A stretch of 39,898 bases of DNA from a virus (Duplodnaviria; Caudoviricetes). The translations under genes and the position numbers were made by a program. This document shows positions 23,705 to 33,411 of this stretch, piece after piece; positions within the stretch are counted from its first letter, which is position 1, and every line of letters starts with the position of its first letter. Location of the stretch: IMG/VR virus record IMGVR_UViG_3300027804_000105, positions 1 to 39,898 of that record. One strand, 5' to 3'. The notes beneath the pieces are model-generated. The model was not told the DNA's origin and did not search any database. It saw nothing but the letters and a program-made list of their open reading frames with translations.

Positions 23705-24508
23705 ATGTCACATTGGTATTCCAAAACAGGCGACGCCTGCCACACTTACACCGACGCTTCCGGCGCTGAAAAGCCAACTGGATTGCGCGAAGCACGCAAA
23801 TGGGGGTTGCTGCCTTCTGCAAGCGGCGTTGTCCACGTTTGGGCTAACAAGGGGCTTGAACGTGCCCGCGAGCGTAAACTCATTGCCACGGCCCGCATTA
23901 CACCTTACAGCGAATGGGGCGGCACGGAGAGCTTCATCTCCGAAGTGATGAAGGCGGCGCTTGCCGACTGGGAACTGGCCTCAAGCACCGGAACTGTCTT
24001 CCACGGCCTAATTGAGTCGAAGCTCACGAAAGGCGAACACAGCAAGACCCCGATTGAGTGGGGCGGCAAAATGCTTGATCCTGAGCCGCTGGTTGATGCT
24101 GCGCTAAAGGTTGTAAGCGACATTCATATTCTCGACGTGGAAAAGCGAGTTGTGCGCTTGAAGGACGGCTACGCCGGCACAACCGACTTGCCCTACGCTC
24201 GGGAGAACGGCCATATTCTAGGCGTGGCCGACTGGAAGACCACCAAAACCACGGAAAAGAAGAAGATGGCACCGAAGCAGGGGCACGTAGCCCAAATTGC
24301 AGCCTATTGGATGGCCTACCACGGCCTGCACTTGGACGAAATCCCAAGCCATGCCGAGGGGCGTAACATTTACATTTCCACAACTGAGCCGGGCCGCATT
24401 GAGACGCTGGTTTACGACCACAAGGAGCTGCGCAAAGGCTGGGCCGCGTTCAAGGCGTGCTTGGAACTATGGAGACAATCCAATTCCTACGATCCCCGTG
24501 GCAGCTAA
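23705..24508 (+). CDS. PD-(D/E)XK exonuclease (Cas4/RecB-like)
   Basis: GT.FH..IE, E..V, YAGTTD, ADWKT and Q.AAY motifs. Confidence 0.85.
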   Translation: MSHWYSKTGDACHTYTDASGAEKPTGLREARKWGLLPSASGVVHVWANKGLERARERKLIATARITPYSEWGGTESFISEVMKAALADWELASSTGTVFHGLIESKLTKGEHSKTPIEWGGKMLDPEPLVDAALKVVSDIHILDVEKRVVRLKDGYAGTTDLPYARENGHILGVADWKTTKTTEKKKMAPKQGHVAQIAAYWMAYHGLHLDEIPSHAEGRNIYISTTEPGRIETLVYDHKELRKGWAAFKACLELWRQSNSYDPRGS

Positions 24509-24734
24509 ACGCAAACCCAAGCCAGAAGAAAAGCCGGCGGTTGTGGAACGAGCAAGGCCCGTAAGCGGACTGCCGCTGGACTTTAGCCGCTGCTGGAACG
24601 ACGAGTGCGTCAAGGGAAGCACCTGCCTGCGTCGCATTGGAGCTATGGACGTAGGCGCCACCGTTTTCTTCAAGCCCAACCTAAACAAAGATGGTGCCTG
24701 CGAGCATTTCATTCAGGACAAACGAAATAAATGA
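24498..24734 (+). CDS. Small Cys-rich hypothetical protein
   Basis: GTG start; D.SRC....C.....C.R...C pattern; ATGA-coupled to dnaB. Confidence 0.55.
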   Translation: MAAKRKPKPEEKPAVVERARPVSGLPLDFSRCWNDECVKGSTCLRRIGAMDVGATVFFKPNLNKDGACEHFIQDKRNK

Positions 24735-27319
24735 CCAAAGCCAAAACAAACCTCCCCCATTCCGAAGAGGGTGAACGGTCTCTCATAACGCACGTCCTTT
24801 TGGACGGCGCTCCCGCCCTCTGCAAATGCTTTGAGGGCAAAATTACGCCGGAGGTGTTTTACGACCCGGTTTGCCAGAAGGTATGGAAGTCGATTTGCTG
24901 GCTGCACAAGCAAGGACACCCCGTTGAGCTTGCCGTGTTAGCAGAGGAGCTTAAAAAGGCCGGCAAACTGGACGAGCTAGGGGGCTACGAAGCTCTTACC
25001 ACCGTCACAAGCGGTCAGGACATCAGCAAAAACCTCGACTACTGGGTAGCTCGGCTGCGTGAGCTTTACGTCCTCCGCGAGCTTCATGGGGCTGCCACCC
25101 GCACCGCCGAAAAGGCTCTGGCCTACTCCGGCAGCGTCGAAGACTTCGTTTCCGAGACCCACCGCATCCTCTCCATCCAGCACGCCGCCCAAAAGGCCAT
25201 GACGCTGCCCGAGGCGGCTACCTCCGCCCAAGAGCAATGCTTACGAATCCGAGGCTCTGAACCGCTTACGGAAGAGGACAAGGGACTGTCTTGGGGTTGG
25301 AAAGACTGGGACGACCGTTTCGGCTGCGCCAAGGCCGGCGAACTGCTGGTTTTGGGAGCCCGTCCAGGATGCGGAAAGAGCAGCATTGCCCGCCAAGTGG
25401 CATGGGAATGGTCAAAGGGCGGCAAAATCCTCTTATTTTCAAGGGAAATGCCCGTAGAAGGGCTTCCTGTGCTCTTTGCCCAAGCCCTTTCCGGCAAGTC
25501 ATGGAAGGAATACCGCAACCGGAGGCTTCACGACAAGGACATGGACGAGTTTGATGACGCCTTGGCTGCCGTGTCCCGCAACCCAAACATCCTCGCTTTT
25601 GACAAGGACCGGACGCTTTCGCAGCTCATGGCCCGTATTCAGGCTTGCCGTCAACTTATGCCCATCCGTGCTGTTGTCGTGGACTACCTGCAACGCTACG
25701 ATCCGCAGCAAGAGCGCGGGGAAACCCGCGACATTGCCATAGGTCGGTTTAGTATGGCGCTCAAGGATGTTGCCGTTGACCTCAAGATTCCGGTTTTGCT
25801 TCTGGTTCAGGTCAGCCGAGGGGTGGAGAAAGAGGATCGGGAGCCACGTCTTTCCGACATCCGAGAGTGTCTTTCCGTAAAGGACACCTACGTCTTCAAC
25901 AGCCAAGGCATCTGGCGCAACACCGAGGCCCCCATCGCCACCGTCGGCCTGTCTCAAGGCGGCAGCTTGGTTGCCTCCGAAAGCCGTAACGCTCCGCGAG
26001 AGGATGCGCCGGAAATGATTCGGATAACGCTCCAGAGCGGCCGAACCATCACCTGCACGCCCCGCCATGCCATCAAAACCGACAACGGGTGGACGATTGC
26101 CGAAGCCATCACCAAGGAAAGCGCCATTGCCTGCGCCCGCCGCATCCCTGCCCCCCGCAACTGCGAATACTTCCACGTAAGCCGCTGGATGGGGTGGATG
26201 CTTGGCAACGGCTCCGGCGTCGGCAGCCAGTCGCCATCCTTCATCACGTCATGCGAGGTTGTGGCCCAAGAGTTCTGCAAACAGAATAATGCGCTGTTTG
26301 GCTTCTACCCGAAGCCTCATCGCCACAAGTGCCAGAAGGTGTTTCAATACGACATCACGAAGCATACCGTTCGGACGCCCGAGGGCAATCCGGCTACCAA
26401 CTGGATGCGGAAGCATGACATGTGGGGACGCCGCTCATGGGAGAAGCGCATCCCCCAATGGTTTTGCGAGACAGCCGACAACCAGAGCCTTGCCGAGCTT
26501 ATCGCCGGCCTTTGGGAGACGGACGGGCGTGTCATGCTCAAGCCCCGCCCCTCCCTGTCCTACTCCACCACTTCCGAGCACATGGCTTGGCAGGTTGTTT
26601 GGGCGCTCCTTCGCCTCGGCATCTACGCCGCAATTGAGCCCGGATACATGGGAAAGAAGGCAAAGCATCCTTGTTTCAAGGTTTGTATCCGCGTAGCCGA
26701 AGAAATAGCGCGGTTTGCCGCCAAAATCCCGCTCATTGGCCGCAAGGGCGACTTGCTACGTCAGGTTGATTCAACCCGAACCAGCAACATCGCAGGCTCC
26801 CGTTTCAGCGTAGGCGTTGGCAAACTCGTTGAGTCCATCAGGAAACGCTACGGCCTTACCCATGCCCAAATCGGCTATCGCTTTCAGGGCAAGCGTATCT
26901 CCTACGATGATTTGATGCGAGTTTGGGCGAACCTCATGGACAGAGGCATGATGAATGAACACATCCAAAGTCTTGTCGGAGAGGACGTGTTTTGGGACAA
27001 GCCGCGTAAGATTGAGCGCGTGGCCGGCGGACCGGTGTTTGATCGGGTTGTCCCCGAGCACCACAACTTCGTAGCCAACGGGGTCATAGTTCACAACTCG
27101 GGCAACGTGGAGCAGGATGCAGATCGCGTCATATTCATCCACGCACCTACCGCCCTTCCAGACGGCAGCACTCAAGACCTAAACGATGGCGACTTGCGAC
27201 GAATCCACACCAACCTTATCCAAGCCAAAGGCCGTGGAGAGGGAAGAGACAAGTTGACAATGTTCTTCAATCGCCCAATAACCGCTTTTGAAGAGGAACG
27301 AAAGGGATTGAAACTATGA
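24731..27319 (+). CDS. dnaB: Replicative DNA helicase DnaB with intein
   Basis: LPHS.E.E N-domain, GARPGCGKS, VVDYLQ, Q.SR, P.LSDIRE|intein|SGNVEQDAD, K.R. Confidence 0.95.
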   Translation: MTKAKTNLPHSEEGERSLITHVLLDGAPALCKCFEGKITPEVFYDPVCQKVWKSICWLHKQGHPVELAVLAEELKKAGKLDELGGYEALTTVTSGQDISKNLDYWVARLRELYVLRELHGAATRTAEKALAYSGSVEDFVSETHRILSIQHAAQKAMTLPEAATSAQEQCLRIRGSEPLTEEDKGLSWGWKDWDDRFGCAKAGELLVLGARPGCGKSSIARQVAWEWSKGGKILLFSREMPVEGLPVLFAQALSGKSWKEYRNRRLHDKDMDEFDDALAAVSRNPNILAFDKDRTLSQLMARIQACRQLMPIRAVVVDYLQRYDPQQERGETRDIAIGRFSMALKDVAVDLKIPVLLLVQVSRGVEKEDREPRLSDIRECLSVKDTYVFNSQGIWRNTEAPIATVGLSQGGSLVASESRNAPREDAPEMIRITLQSGRTITCTPRHAIKTDNGWTIAEAITKESAIACARRIPAPRNCEYFHVSRWMGWMLGNGSGVGSQSPSFITSCEVVAQEFCKQNNALFGFYPKPHRHKCQKVFQYDITKHTVRTPEGNPATNWMRKHDMWGRRSWEKRIPQWFCETADNQSLAELIAGLWETDGRVMLKPRPSLSYSTTSEHMAWQVVWALLRLGIYAAIEPGYMGKKAKHPCFKVCIRVAEEIARFAAKIPLIGRKGDLLRQVDSTRTSNIAGSRFSVGVGKLVESIRKRYGLTHAQIGYRFQGKRISYDDLMRVWANLMDRGMMNEHIQSLVGEDVFWDKPRKIERVAGGPVFDRVVPEHHNFVANGVIVHNSGNVEQDADRVIFIHAPTALPDGSTQDLNDGDLRRIHTNLIQAKGRGEGRDKLTMFFNRPITAFEEERKGLKL
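25868..27097 (+). mobile_element. Intein (410 aa) with LAGLIDADG homing endonuclease
   Basis: Begins CLSVKDT, block B TCTPRH, LAGLIDADG-like GWMLGNGS and LIAGLWETDG, ends HNFVANGVIVHN followed by Ser. Confidence 0.95.
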
Positions 27320-27477
27320 AAAAAGACATCGCTGAAATCGGCGCCTACCTCGCCGCTGACATCAACAACCACCTTGAGGAGCAGCAACCCGACATGGTTG
27401 TGCTTTTCAAGCAGCTTGAACGCCTGAAGGTTTTTTCCGAAAGCGCGGCCAACCTGAAAGCCGCCGGCCTTATCTGA
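27316..27477 (+). CDS. Small hypothetical protein (53 aa, not in ORF track)
   Basis: ATGA overlap with the dnaB stop; MKKDIAEIGAYLAADIN...AAGLI*. Confidence 0.55.
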   Translation: MKKDIAEIGAYLAADINNHLEEQQPDMVVLFKQLERLKVFSESAANLKAAGLI

Positions 27478-27481
27478 GCCA

Positions 27482-27871
27482 ATGCCTCGCGTTAAGCCCC
27501 CTACCCCGCACAATGACGGCAAATGGACGGACAGCCGAAAAAAATCCTTCATCACCTCGGCGCTTCGCGGCGCCTCCCATCGTTGGGGTCCAAAACACAC
27601 TGCCATGCGACGTTCCCGCATCGGCTACGGCCGTTATCGCTGCGAAATCTGCGGGGCGGTTAGCGGACCAAAGGGAATACACTTGGACCACATTGTTCCA
27701 GTCGTCGATCCGGCACTCGGATTTCAGGGCTGGGACACATTCATTGCCCGGCTTTTCGTCGAAGCCGACGGCTATCGAGCCATTTGCAAAGCCAAGTGCC
27801 ATAAAGCCATCACCGAACAACAACGCCTGATTCGTCAGGAAGCCAAGAAACAGAAACAATGCGTTTCATAA
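27482..27871 (+). CDS. HNH endonuclease-like protein (Zn-binding)
   Basis: YRCEICG, LDHIVPV and ICKAKCH..IT motifs. Confidence 0.85.
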   Translation: MPRVKPPTPHNDGKWTDSRKKSFITSALRGASHRWGPKHTAMRRSRIGYGRYRCEICGAVSGPKGIHLDHIVPVVDPALGFQGWDTFIARLFVEADGYRAICKAKCHKAITEQQRLIRQEAKKQKQCVS

Positions 27872-28587
27872 TCGCCAGCGACCTTCACGGACAGCACGCC
27901 GATTCGAGAGCGGCCCAAGCGGTCCTTGCCTGCATCAAGGACTTCAAGCCCCAAATCCGCGTCTTTGCTGGCGATCTTTGGGACTTTGCCGCCATCCGCC
28001 GCGGAGCTTCCGAGGACGAGCGTGCGCTATCCATGCGTGACGACTTCGACGCGGGCCGTGAGTTTGCCGGCAAGTTCTTCAAAGGCGGAACCAGCAACCA
28101 CCTGTTGCTCGGCAACCACGACATTCGCCCCCACATGCTGCGCGAGTCGCCCGATGCGGTTAGACGCGATTTGGGTGAGCGGATGGTTAAGGACATAGCC
28201 AAGACGGCTTACGAGAACAAGGCCCGCATTTACGACTACGACGCCCGCCTTGGGGTTCTGAAACTAGGCCATCTGTGCGTGGTTCACGGTTTCCACACGG
28301 GCGTCAGCTCCGCAGCGCAACATGCCCGCGTCTACGGCAACGTCGTCTACGGCCATACCCACAGCATTGACGTTTACCAGACTCCAGGGCTAGAACAACG
28401 GGAGGCTCGCGGAATCGGCTGCCTTTGCAGCCTCGACATGGACTACGCCAGTAGCAAGACGGGCAAGCTACGCTGGGCTCATGGCTGGGCGGTTGGAGAC
28501 ACCTATGCCGACGGCAGCTACACCATTTTCCAGGTCCGTTCCATTGACGGGCGGTTCTGCTATCCGACAGAGTTCAGGCACTACTAA
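27859..28587 (+). CDS. Calcineurin-like metallophosphoesterase
   Basis: SDLH, GDLWD, GNHD, HG and GHTH motifs. Confidence 0.92.
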   Translation: MRFIIASDLHGQHADSRAAQAVLACIKDFKPQIRVFAGDLWDFAAIRRGASEDERALSMRDDFDAGREFAGKFFKGGTSNHLLLGNHDIRPHMLRESPDAVRRDLGERMVKDIAKTAYENKARIYDYDARLGVLKLGHLCVVHGFHTGVSSAAQHARVYGNVVYGHTHSIDVYQTPGLEQREARGIGCLCSLDMDYASSKTGKLRWAHGWAVGDTYADGSYTIFQVRSIDGRFCYPTEFRHY

Positions 28588-28590
28588 GAC

Positions 28591-28851
28591 ATGAAAAACA
28601 ACGATCCGTGGTCAGCGGTAGACAATATGTGCAAGCAGCCTTCCAAGCCGCCTGCTGGCTGGCTTAGCATGGCCCAATTGGCAAGTCGATGGAACTGCGC
28701 CCTGCAACGTGCTCGAACGGAGGCAAAGATGCTGCTGGATGACGGCACCCTTGAGTGTGGATACTTCCGCGTAACCAACGGCAATCGCGCCCTGTTTTAC
28801 CGGCCAACCAAAGCCTTTTACAAGCGTGTCAAAGCCACGAAGCACAAGTGA
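28591..28851 (+). CDS. Hypothetical protein (possible winged HTH)
   Basis: 86 aa; PAGWLSMAQLASRW. Confidence 0.6.
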   Translation: MKNNDPWSAVDNMCKQPSKPPAGWLSMAQLASRWNCALQRARTEAKMLLDDGTLECGYFRVTNGNRALFYRPTKAFYKRVKATKHK

Positions 28852-29195
28852 GCTTGGCCCCGAGTGGTTCACAAATGAAGACTGGCGCCGCAAGCGTGGG
28901 GGCATATTCCGCTCCCTTGCCTCCCGTGAGCTACGCTACCTCCATGCCACCGGACAGGCCGACCGCTGGCGCGGAGCCGGCCCGGACGGCAGGGGGTGCT
29001 TCCGCTGGCGGCTTACGCCCGAATACGTGGGCGTTGGCCGCGCAAACCTCTACAAGCACTACGCAAGACGCATGGCAGCCATACGATCAGAGAAAGGGCA
29101 AGATTCACCCGACGCCGGAGCCTGCGGTTTACGGGGCAGCAATGGCTATCCTATGCTTGACTCTGTTGTGGTTAAGGCGAAAGACCCGAAGGTAA
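28848..29195 (+). CDS. Possible PEP-CTERM-tailed protein
   Basis: GTGA-coupled start; C-terminus TPEPAVYG + hydrophobic helix + RRKTRR*. A competing open frame runs 28826..29227. Confidence 0.5.
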   Translation: MSLAPSGSQMKTGAASVGAYSAPLPPVSYATSMPPDRPTAGAEPARTAGGASAGGLRPNTWALAAQTSTSTTQDAWQPYDQRKGKIHPTPEPAVYGAAMAILCLTLLWLRRKTRR

Positions 29196-29210
29196 TCGGT
29201 AGTCCCAAGC

Positions 29211-32162
29211 CTACTGCCGGCCCGTAAGGTAGTTGTTTATGGCAAGCTGCTGGTCTTCGTTAAGACCTTCCATCATATCCACGTAGTCGCCCCAAAGCTG
29301 GTTGCGGGCAACAGTCTGAGCGGCAATGCCAAGGCCCTTGGTGAAAAGCTCGGCCTTTAGCGGATTGCGACCACGCATTTCCTCCCAGCGCGTAACAAAC
29401 GCCACCGCGTCCTGCGGATTGGCGTTCTTCATGAAGGAAATGGCGGACGCTTTTTGCATGGCCGTAGCTGCAACCTGCGCCATGAACAGATTGGGGAAGT
29501 AAGCCTTGGAAACGAGCTTTTGGAAGTCCTGCGTGTTCTTGCTGGAGATAGCCATTTCCACCGCAAGGGCGTGCTGGTAGCGGACAAGTGCCTCGGCGGT
29601 TTGGTAGCGCCGATCCCCTAGGACGGCACGGATAGCCTCGCGTTGCTCTTTTGAGCCAGCGTCTTTGCTGGAACCAAGCAGAGAGCGGGCAATCTTATCG
29701 TATTCGTATTGCGTGGATGCCTTCGCCAGCTTGGACGCAACGTGATCCATCACCTTCGGCCGCGCGTCCTCAAACAGACGCTCCCATGCGGCATTGGCAA
29801 CCACTTCACGCTCTTGCGGAGCCAGCTTGCCCATCAACTGCTGAACGCGCTTAGGGGAGTAGTTGCCCGAATAAACCACGCTGTCAAAGAAAGCGGCGGG
29901 ATTCTCAACTACGTTCTTGGTGTTGCCCGTAAGGAGCTGCGACACCATAGAGTCGGACAGCACATCCCGACGCTTGTTGGCAAGCGACAGGGCTTGGGTA
30001 AGCGCGCTTTTGCCCTTGGTGTAACCCTCAAGCTGGGCAATGCGGGCAGCCTCTCCGATTTCGGCCTTGGTCGGGAAGGCGGCGGAAGAGAAGATGCCCT
30101 TGCGCTCTTTCAGAAACTTGAAGGCTTTGCCCGTCTCCTCAATGGCCTTCCACGCAGCAGAACCGCCAAACAAGCTGTCTTTGATTTCCGTGGGTATGCC
30201 GGCAAGGTTGTCGGAGAGGCGGGAAACGTCCTGAACCTCGCGGGCGCCGATGCGGACGGTGGCGCTATCGGATAGCGAATTGATGACGGACTTGCGGATG
30301 CCGGCGAAGGTTTGCGGACCAACGGCGTCCTGAAGCAGCTTCCATTCAGTCGGGCCGGCAACCTTGGGATTGCTCAGGTCGGAGATCAGGTTGAAAGGGT
30401 TGTCGTAGCCGCCCGTAAGCAGCTTGGACATGAACGGTGAGTCATCAACCGATTCAACCAACGCCTTGTAGTTGGCGTTAGCCGCCTTTAGCATGGCGCC
30501 GCCCTGGCCTCCGATGCTGTCAATGGCTTGGTCAATGTCCTTGGTAAGTGCCCCGTAAAGCCGTTTTGCGGCCTGCTGGGTCATTCCGGGGAAAACCTCG
30601 TCCGAACCAGACCTCAGACGCTCGCCCACATACGACTTGAATCCCCTTACGGCCTTGAGCTTCTGCCCAAGCGTAACCGATCCCTCAAGCTCATTGAGCG
30701 TTGAGAGAAGCGGAGCGTAGAGCTTGCTCGTCTCCGGCGGCGGGGTTATGCCGGGGACCATAAGACGCTCCCCACTAATACCCAAAACACCGGAAAAAAC
30801 GGGTTCAGGCGGCTCGGCCGATGAGAGCTTTTTTAGCAAGGATGACTTAACTTCCTGAATCAGCTTTGCTGAGTTGGGAAGTTTTACAAAGTCCTCCGCA
30901 ACACCGCTCGCGGAAAGTTCAGAGTCAACTTGGGCAAGGGCATCCTCAAACATTTTACCCGCAGCCGCCTTTCTGCTTTCAATAACCTGCTTGGCGGACG
31001 CCACAACATGCGCTCCGGCCTGAGAGGGAAGCACGACGTTGGGTGTCGTAGAACGATCAATGAAGCCGGAAACGCGGTCCTTAAGCTGACGAGCCGCAAG
31101 CTCAGCCTGCTGTTCGGCCTCAAGCGCAACCTTGCGCTCCTGAGCCGTAAGCACCTTAGCCATGATTTCGCCAGCCTCCGCAGCATCGCCGGTCCCGCGA
31201 ATGGCGTTGCGAGTAGCCTCGCCAACCTGTCCAGCCGTCTCCGGCGCTACGCCCATGCCACGCAGGAAACGTTTGGCTGCATCGCCCTCTTTACGCAGGG
31301 CCTTCTCCGCCGCCTTGGACGGGCTATCAGCAAGGAACGGGATGCCGCGCTTCTGAATCTCGTTTACGGCAACGGGGGCCAGCTTATTGCCAAACCAGCC
31401 AAGCCCCGTCTCCACGGCAAGGTTGATGCCGCGCCGCTTGGCAATTTCCTCGGCATCCACCGGCAGGTTGTTGAGCTTTAGGAACGCAACGTCTGTCAAC
31501 GCCCCAACCGCGTTGGAAGCAGCCGCGCCAGCCGCAGCGTTAGCCATAGGCAGCTTCGTGGCAAAGTTGGCTGCAATGCCGGCCCCAATCTCGGGGATTT
31601 TGGCCGCAAACGCGGCTAGGTCGCCCAAGTCAAAGCCCTGCGGGTTCTGAACCACCCATTCCATGCCGCCCTTGCCGTCTGGAACCCGAATAAGGGCGTT
31701 CTTAGCCGAAACGGGGATAAAACCACCGCCCGGGCGCTGCTCCATAGCCGCCTGCGTAGCCTCCGGCGACGGGGATATGGAAAGCATGGCCCTATCCGCC
31801 ATTCCTAGGCCGTTTCCTTGCGAATTAACGGGCTCGGACAGGCCTAGCTGGGCTTGGAGGTTGGCTGCCCTGATTTGGGCTTCTTTTTGGGCGGAAACGT
31901 CTGCCTGCTGGGTTTGGGCGGGGGAAGGAGCCCTTACCGTCATACCGCCCAAGCCCATGCCGACGCTGGGAACCGGACGCGGAGCGGCCATAGGCACCAT
32001 TTCAGGCACCGGAGGCGGCTCGGACGGCTGAACGTCTTGCGGGGCAGCCTGCGGGGCCGTCTGCGCAAAAAGCTGTTCAATCTCCGCCTCGCTCGGAGGC
32101 GAATCGCCATCAATCTTGAGCGTCCGTCCGGTCTGCGGATCGGTAATGGTGTAGCGAGGCAT
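29211..32162 (-). CDS. Large internal virion / DNA ejection protein
   Basis: 983 aa, Ala-rich and helical, last gene of the tail operon; N-terminal YTITDP.TGR.L.IDGD.PP motif. Confidence 0.7.
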   Translation of the reverse strand: MPRYTITDPQTGRTLKIDGDSPPSEAEIEQLFAQTAPQAAPQDVQPSEPPPVPEMVPMAAPRPVPSVGMGLGGMTVRAPSPAQTQQADVSAQKEAQIRAANLQAQLGLSEPVNSQGNGLGMADRAMLSISPSPEATQAAMEQRPGGGFIPVSAKNALIRVPDGKGGMEWVVQNPQGFDLGDLAAFAAKIPEIGAGIAANFATKLPMANAAAGAAASNAVGALTDVAFLKLNNLPVDAEEIAKRRGINLAVETGLGWFGNKLAPVAVNEIQKRGIPFLADSPSKAAEKALRKEGDAAKRFLRGMGVAPETAGQVGEATRNAIRGTGDAAEAGEIMAKVLTAQERKVALEAEQQAELAARQLKDRVSGFIDRSTTPNVVLPSQAGAHVVASAKQVIESRKAAAGKMFEDALAQVDSELSASGVAEDFVKLPNSAKLIQEVKSSLLKKLSSAEPPEPVFSGVLGISGERLMVPGITPPPETSKLYAPLLSTLNELEGSVTLGQKLKAVRGFKSYVGERLRSGSDEVFPGMTQQAAKRLYGALTKDIDQAIDSIGGQGGAMLKAANANYKALVESVDDSPFMSKLLTGGYDNPFNLISDLSNPKVAGPTEWKLLQDAVGPQTFAGIRKSVINSLSDSATVRIGAREVQDVSRLSDNLAGIPTEIKDSLFGGSAAWKAIEETGKAFKFLKERKGIFSSAAFPTKAEIGEAARIAQLEGYTKGKSALTQALSLANKRRDVLSDSMVSQLLTGNTKNVVENPAAFFDSVVYSGNYSPKRVQQLMGKLAPQEREVVANAAWERLFEDARPKVMDHVASKLAKASTQYEYDKIARSLLGSSKDAGSKEQREAIRAVLGDRRYQTAEALVRYQHALAVEMAISSKNTQDFQKLVSKAYFPNLFMAQVAATAMQKASAISFMKNANPQDAVAFVTRWEEMRGRNPLKAELFTKGLGIAAQTVARNQLWGDYVDMMEGLNEDQQLAINNYLTGRQ

Positions 32163-32166
32163 TATT

Positions 32167-33408
32167 TTACTCGGGAACTACCGTAAACCGACCAATCTTC
32201 ATGGAACCAGACGACGGACCCTTGAGTGTCTTGGGCGCGTTGCGCTCCTTGGTGGTCGTCTTCAACGGCTCAACACCAAGCGTTTTCGATAGAACCCTGT
32301 CAATCTCAAGGAGGTTTTCCCGCTGGGTCTTTTCCGGCAACTGAACGTCCAGCTCGGCAATGGACGAACCAAGAAGCTGCCCCTCTTGGTTGGACAAAGA
32401 ACCGAAGCCAGACGCGCCGGAGGCCGAAAGGGCCTTAAGCTCCGCCAGCTTGTCAATGGTGAGCCTCGCCTTAATCGTCTTGTAACGACTATCAAGCGTA
32501 GGAACCTTGTCGTCAAATATGCCGCTGACACGCGGGGCAAAGCCAGCAATCGGACCACCCACGTTTGCACCGGGCGTCTGAATGGCGAGGGCGGAGCGGA
32601 TGGTTGCAAGGGTTTGCTCAAGGTCGGACTTGGCCGCCAAGGCACGCGCTTTAATCTCGTCCTCCTTGGCCTTAGTCTCCGCCGCCTTCTCTTGCTGCTT
32701 AATGTCAGCCGGACCGCCCGGAATAACCTCAAGACTACCCGTAGCCGTCGGGCGAAAGCCCTCGGGAGCCTTGGGAGCGGCCGGGGTCGCCTCCTGTTGC
32801 AACTTAGCCAGCTTGGCCGCGCGCTCTCGACCGGCAAGCGTAGCCTCGTTTGCCATTTCGTTCGTGTAATAGGACGGCACGTTACCGCCCATCGCAACAG
32901 CATTGGCTCCGGCGCCGATCATTTGCTGACGCTGCGCAGCCGCCGCGTCCGTAGCCGCCTTTTGCTGCGCCGCCCGCATCTGTTGAGCCAAAAGCTCCTG
33001 CTGTTGGCGTTGCTGTTCCTCGGCCTGCTGCTGCTGTTGAACAGCCAAGCCGAGTTTCACCGCCTGCGCAGGTCCACCCGCCCCCTTGATTGCCGCTTTG
33101 ATTGCGGCGGGGTCAAACTCGCCATTTTGCCCCGGAGCCAAGCCGATAGCCTGCGCCGTAGCCGGATTCTTGGTAGCGATGCCCTCAAGGAACGTAACCG
33201 CAGCCTGTTCCTCTTCCTTCTTCTTCTTGTTGTCGTAATACGACCGCACGCCCTGCGCCGCACCTTGCGCCAGCGCACCAATTCCCTGCCCCATAGCCGC
33301 AGCTCCTTGCGCCGCCATTTGGCTACCCGCAAGGCTGCCCTGAAGGAAGGGCGTGAAGTCCGTCCGGCCAAGCGCCGGGTTTACCGAAGAACCGCGTTGA
33401 AATGCCAT
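32167..33408 (-). CDS. Internal virion / ejection protein
   Basis: 413 aa, A/Q-rich, C-terminal SG.G.LSN.EG..L motif of P22 gp20-like proteins. Confidence 0.65.
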   Translation of the reverse strand: MAFQRGSSVNPALGRTDFTPFLQGSLAGSQMAAQGAAAMGQGIGALAQGAAQGVRSYYDNKKKKEEEQAAVTFLEGIATKNPATAQAIGLAPGQNGEFDPAAIKAAIKGAGGPAQAVKLGLAVQQQQQAEEQQRQQQELLAQQMRAAQQKAATDAAAAQRQQMIGAGANAVAMGGNVPSYYTNEMANEATLAGRERAAKLAKLQQEATPAAPKAPEGFRPTATGSLEVIPGGPADIKQQEKAAETKAKEDEIKARALAAKSDLEQTLATIRSALAIQTPGANVGGPIAGFAPRVSGIFDDKVPTLDSRYKTIKARLTIDKLAELKALSASGASGFGSLSNQEGQLLGSSIAELDVQLPEKTQRENLLEIDRVLSKTLGVEPLKTTTKERNAPKTLKGPSSGSMKIGRFTVVPE

Positions 33409-33411
33409 ACG

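Noticed and set aside
23705-24508. cas4 as part of a CRISPR system
   Set aside because: No Fe-S cysteine cluster, other cas genes or array; it fits an ordinary phage exonuclease.
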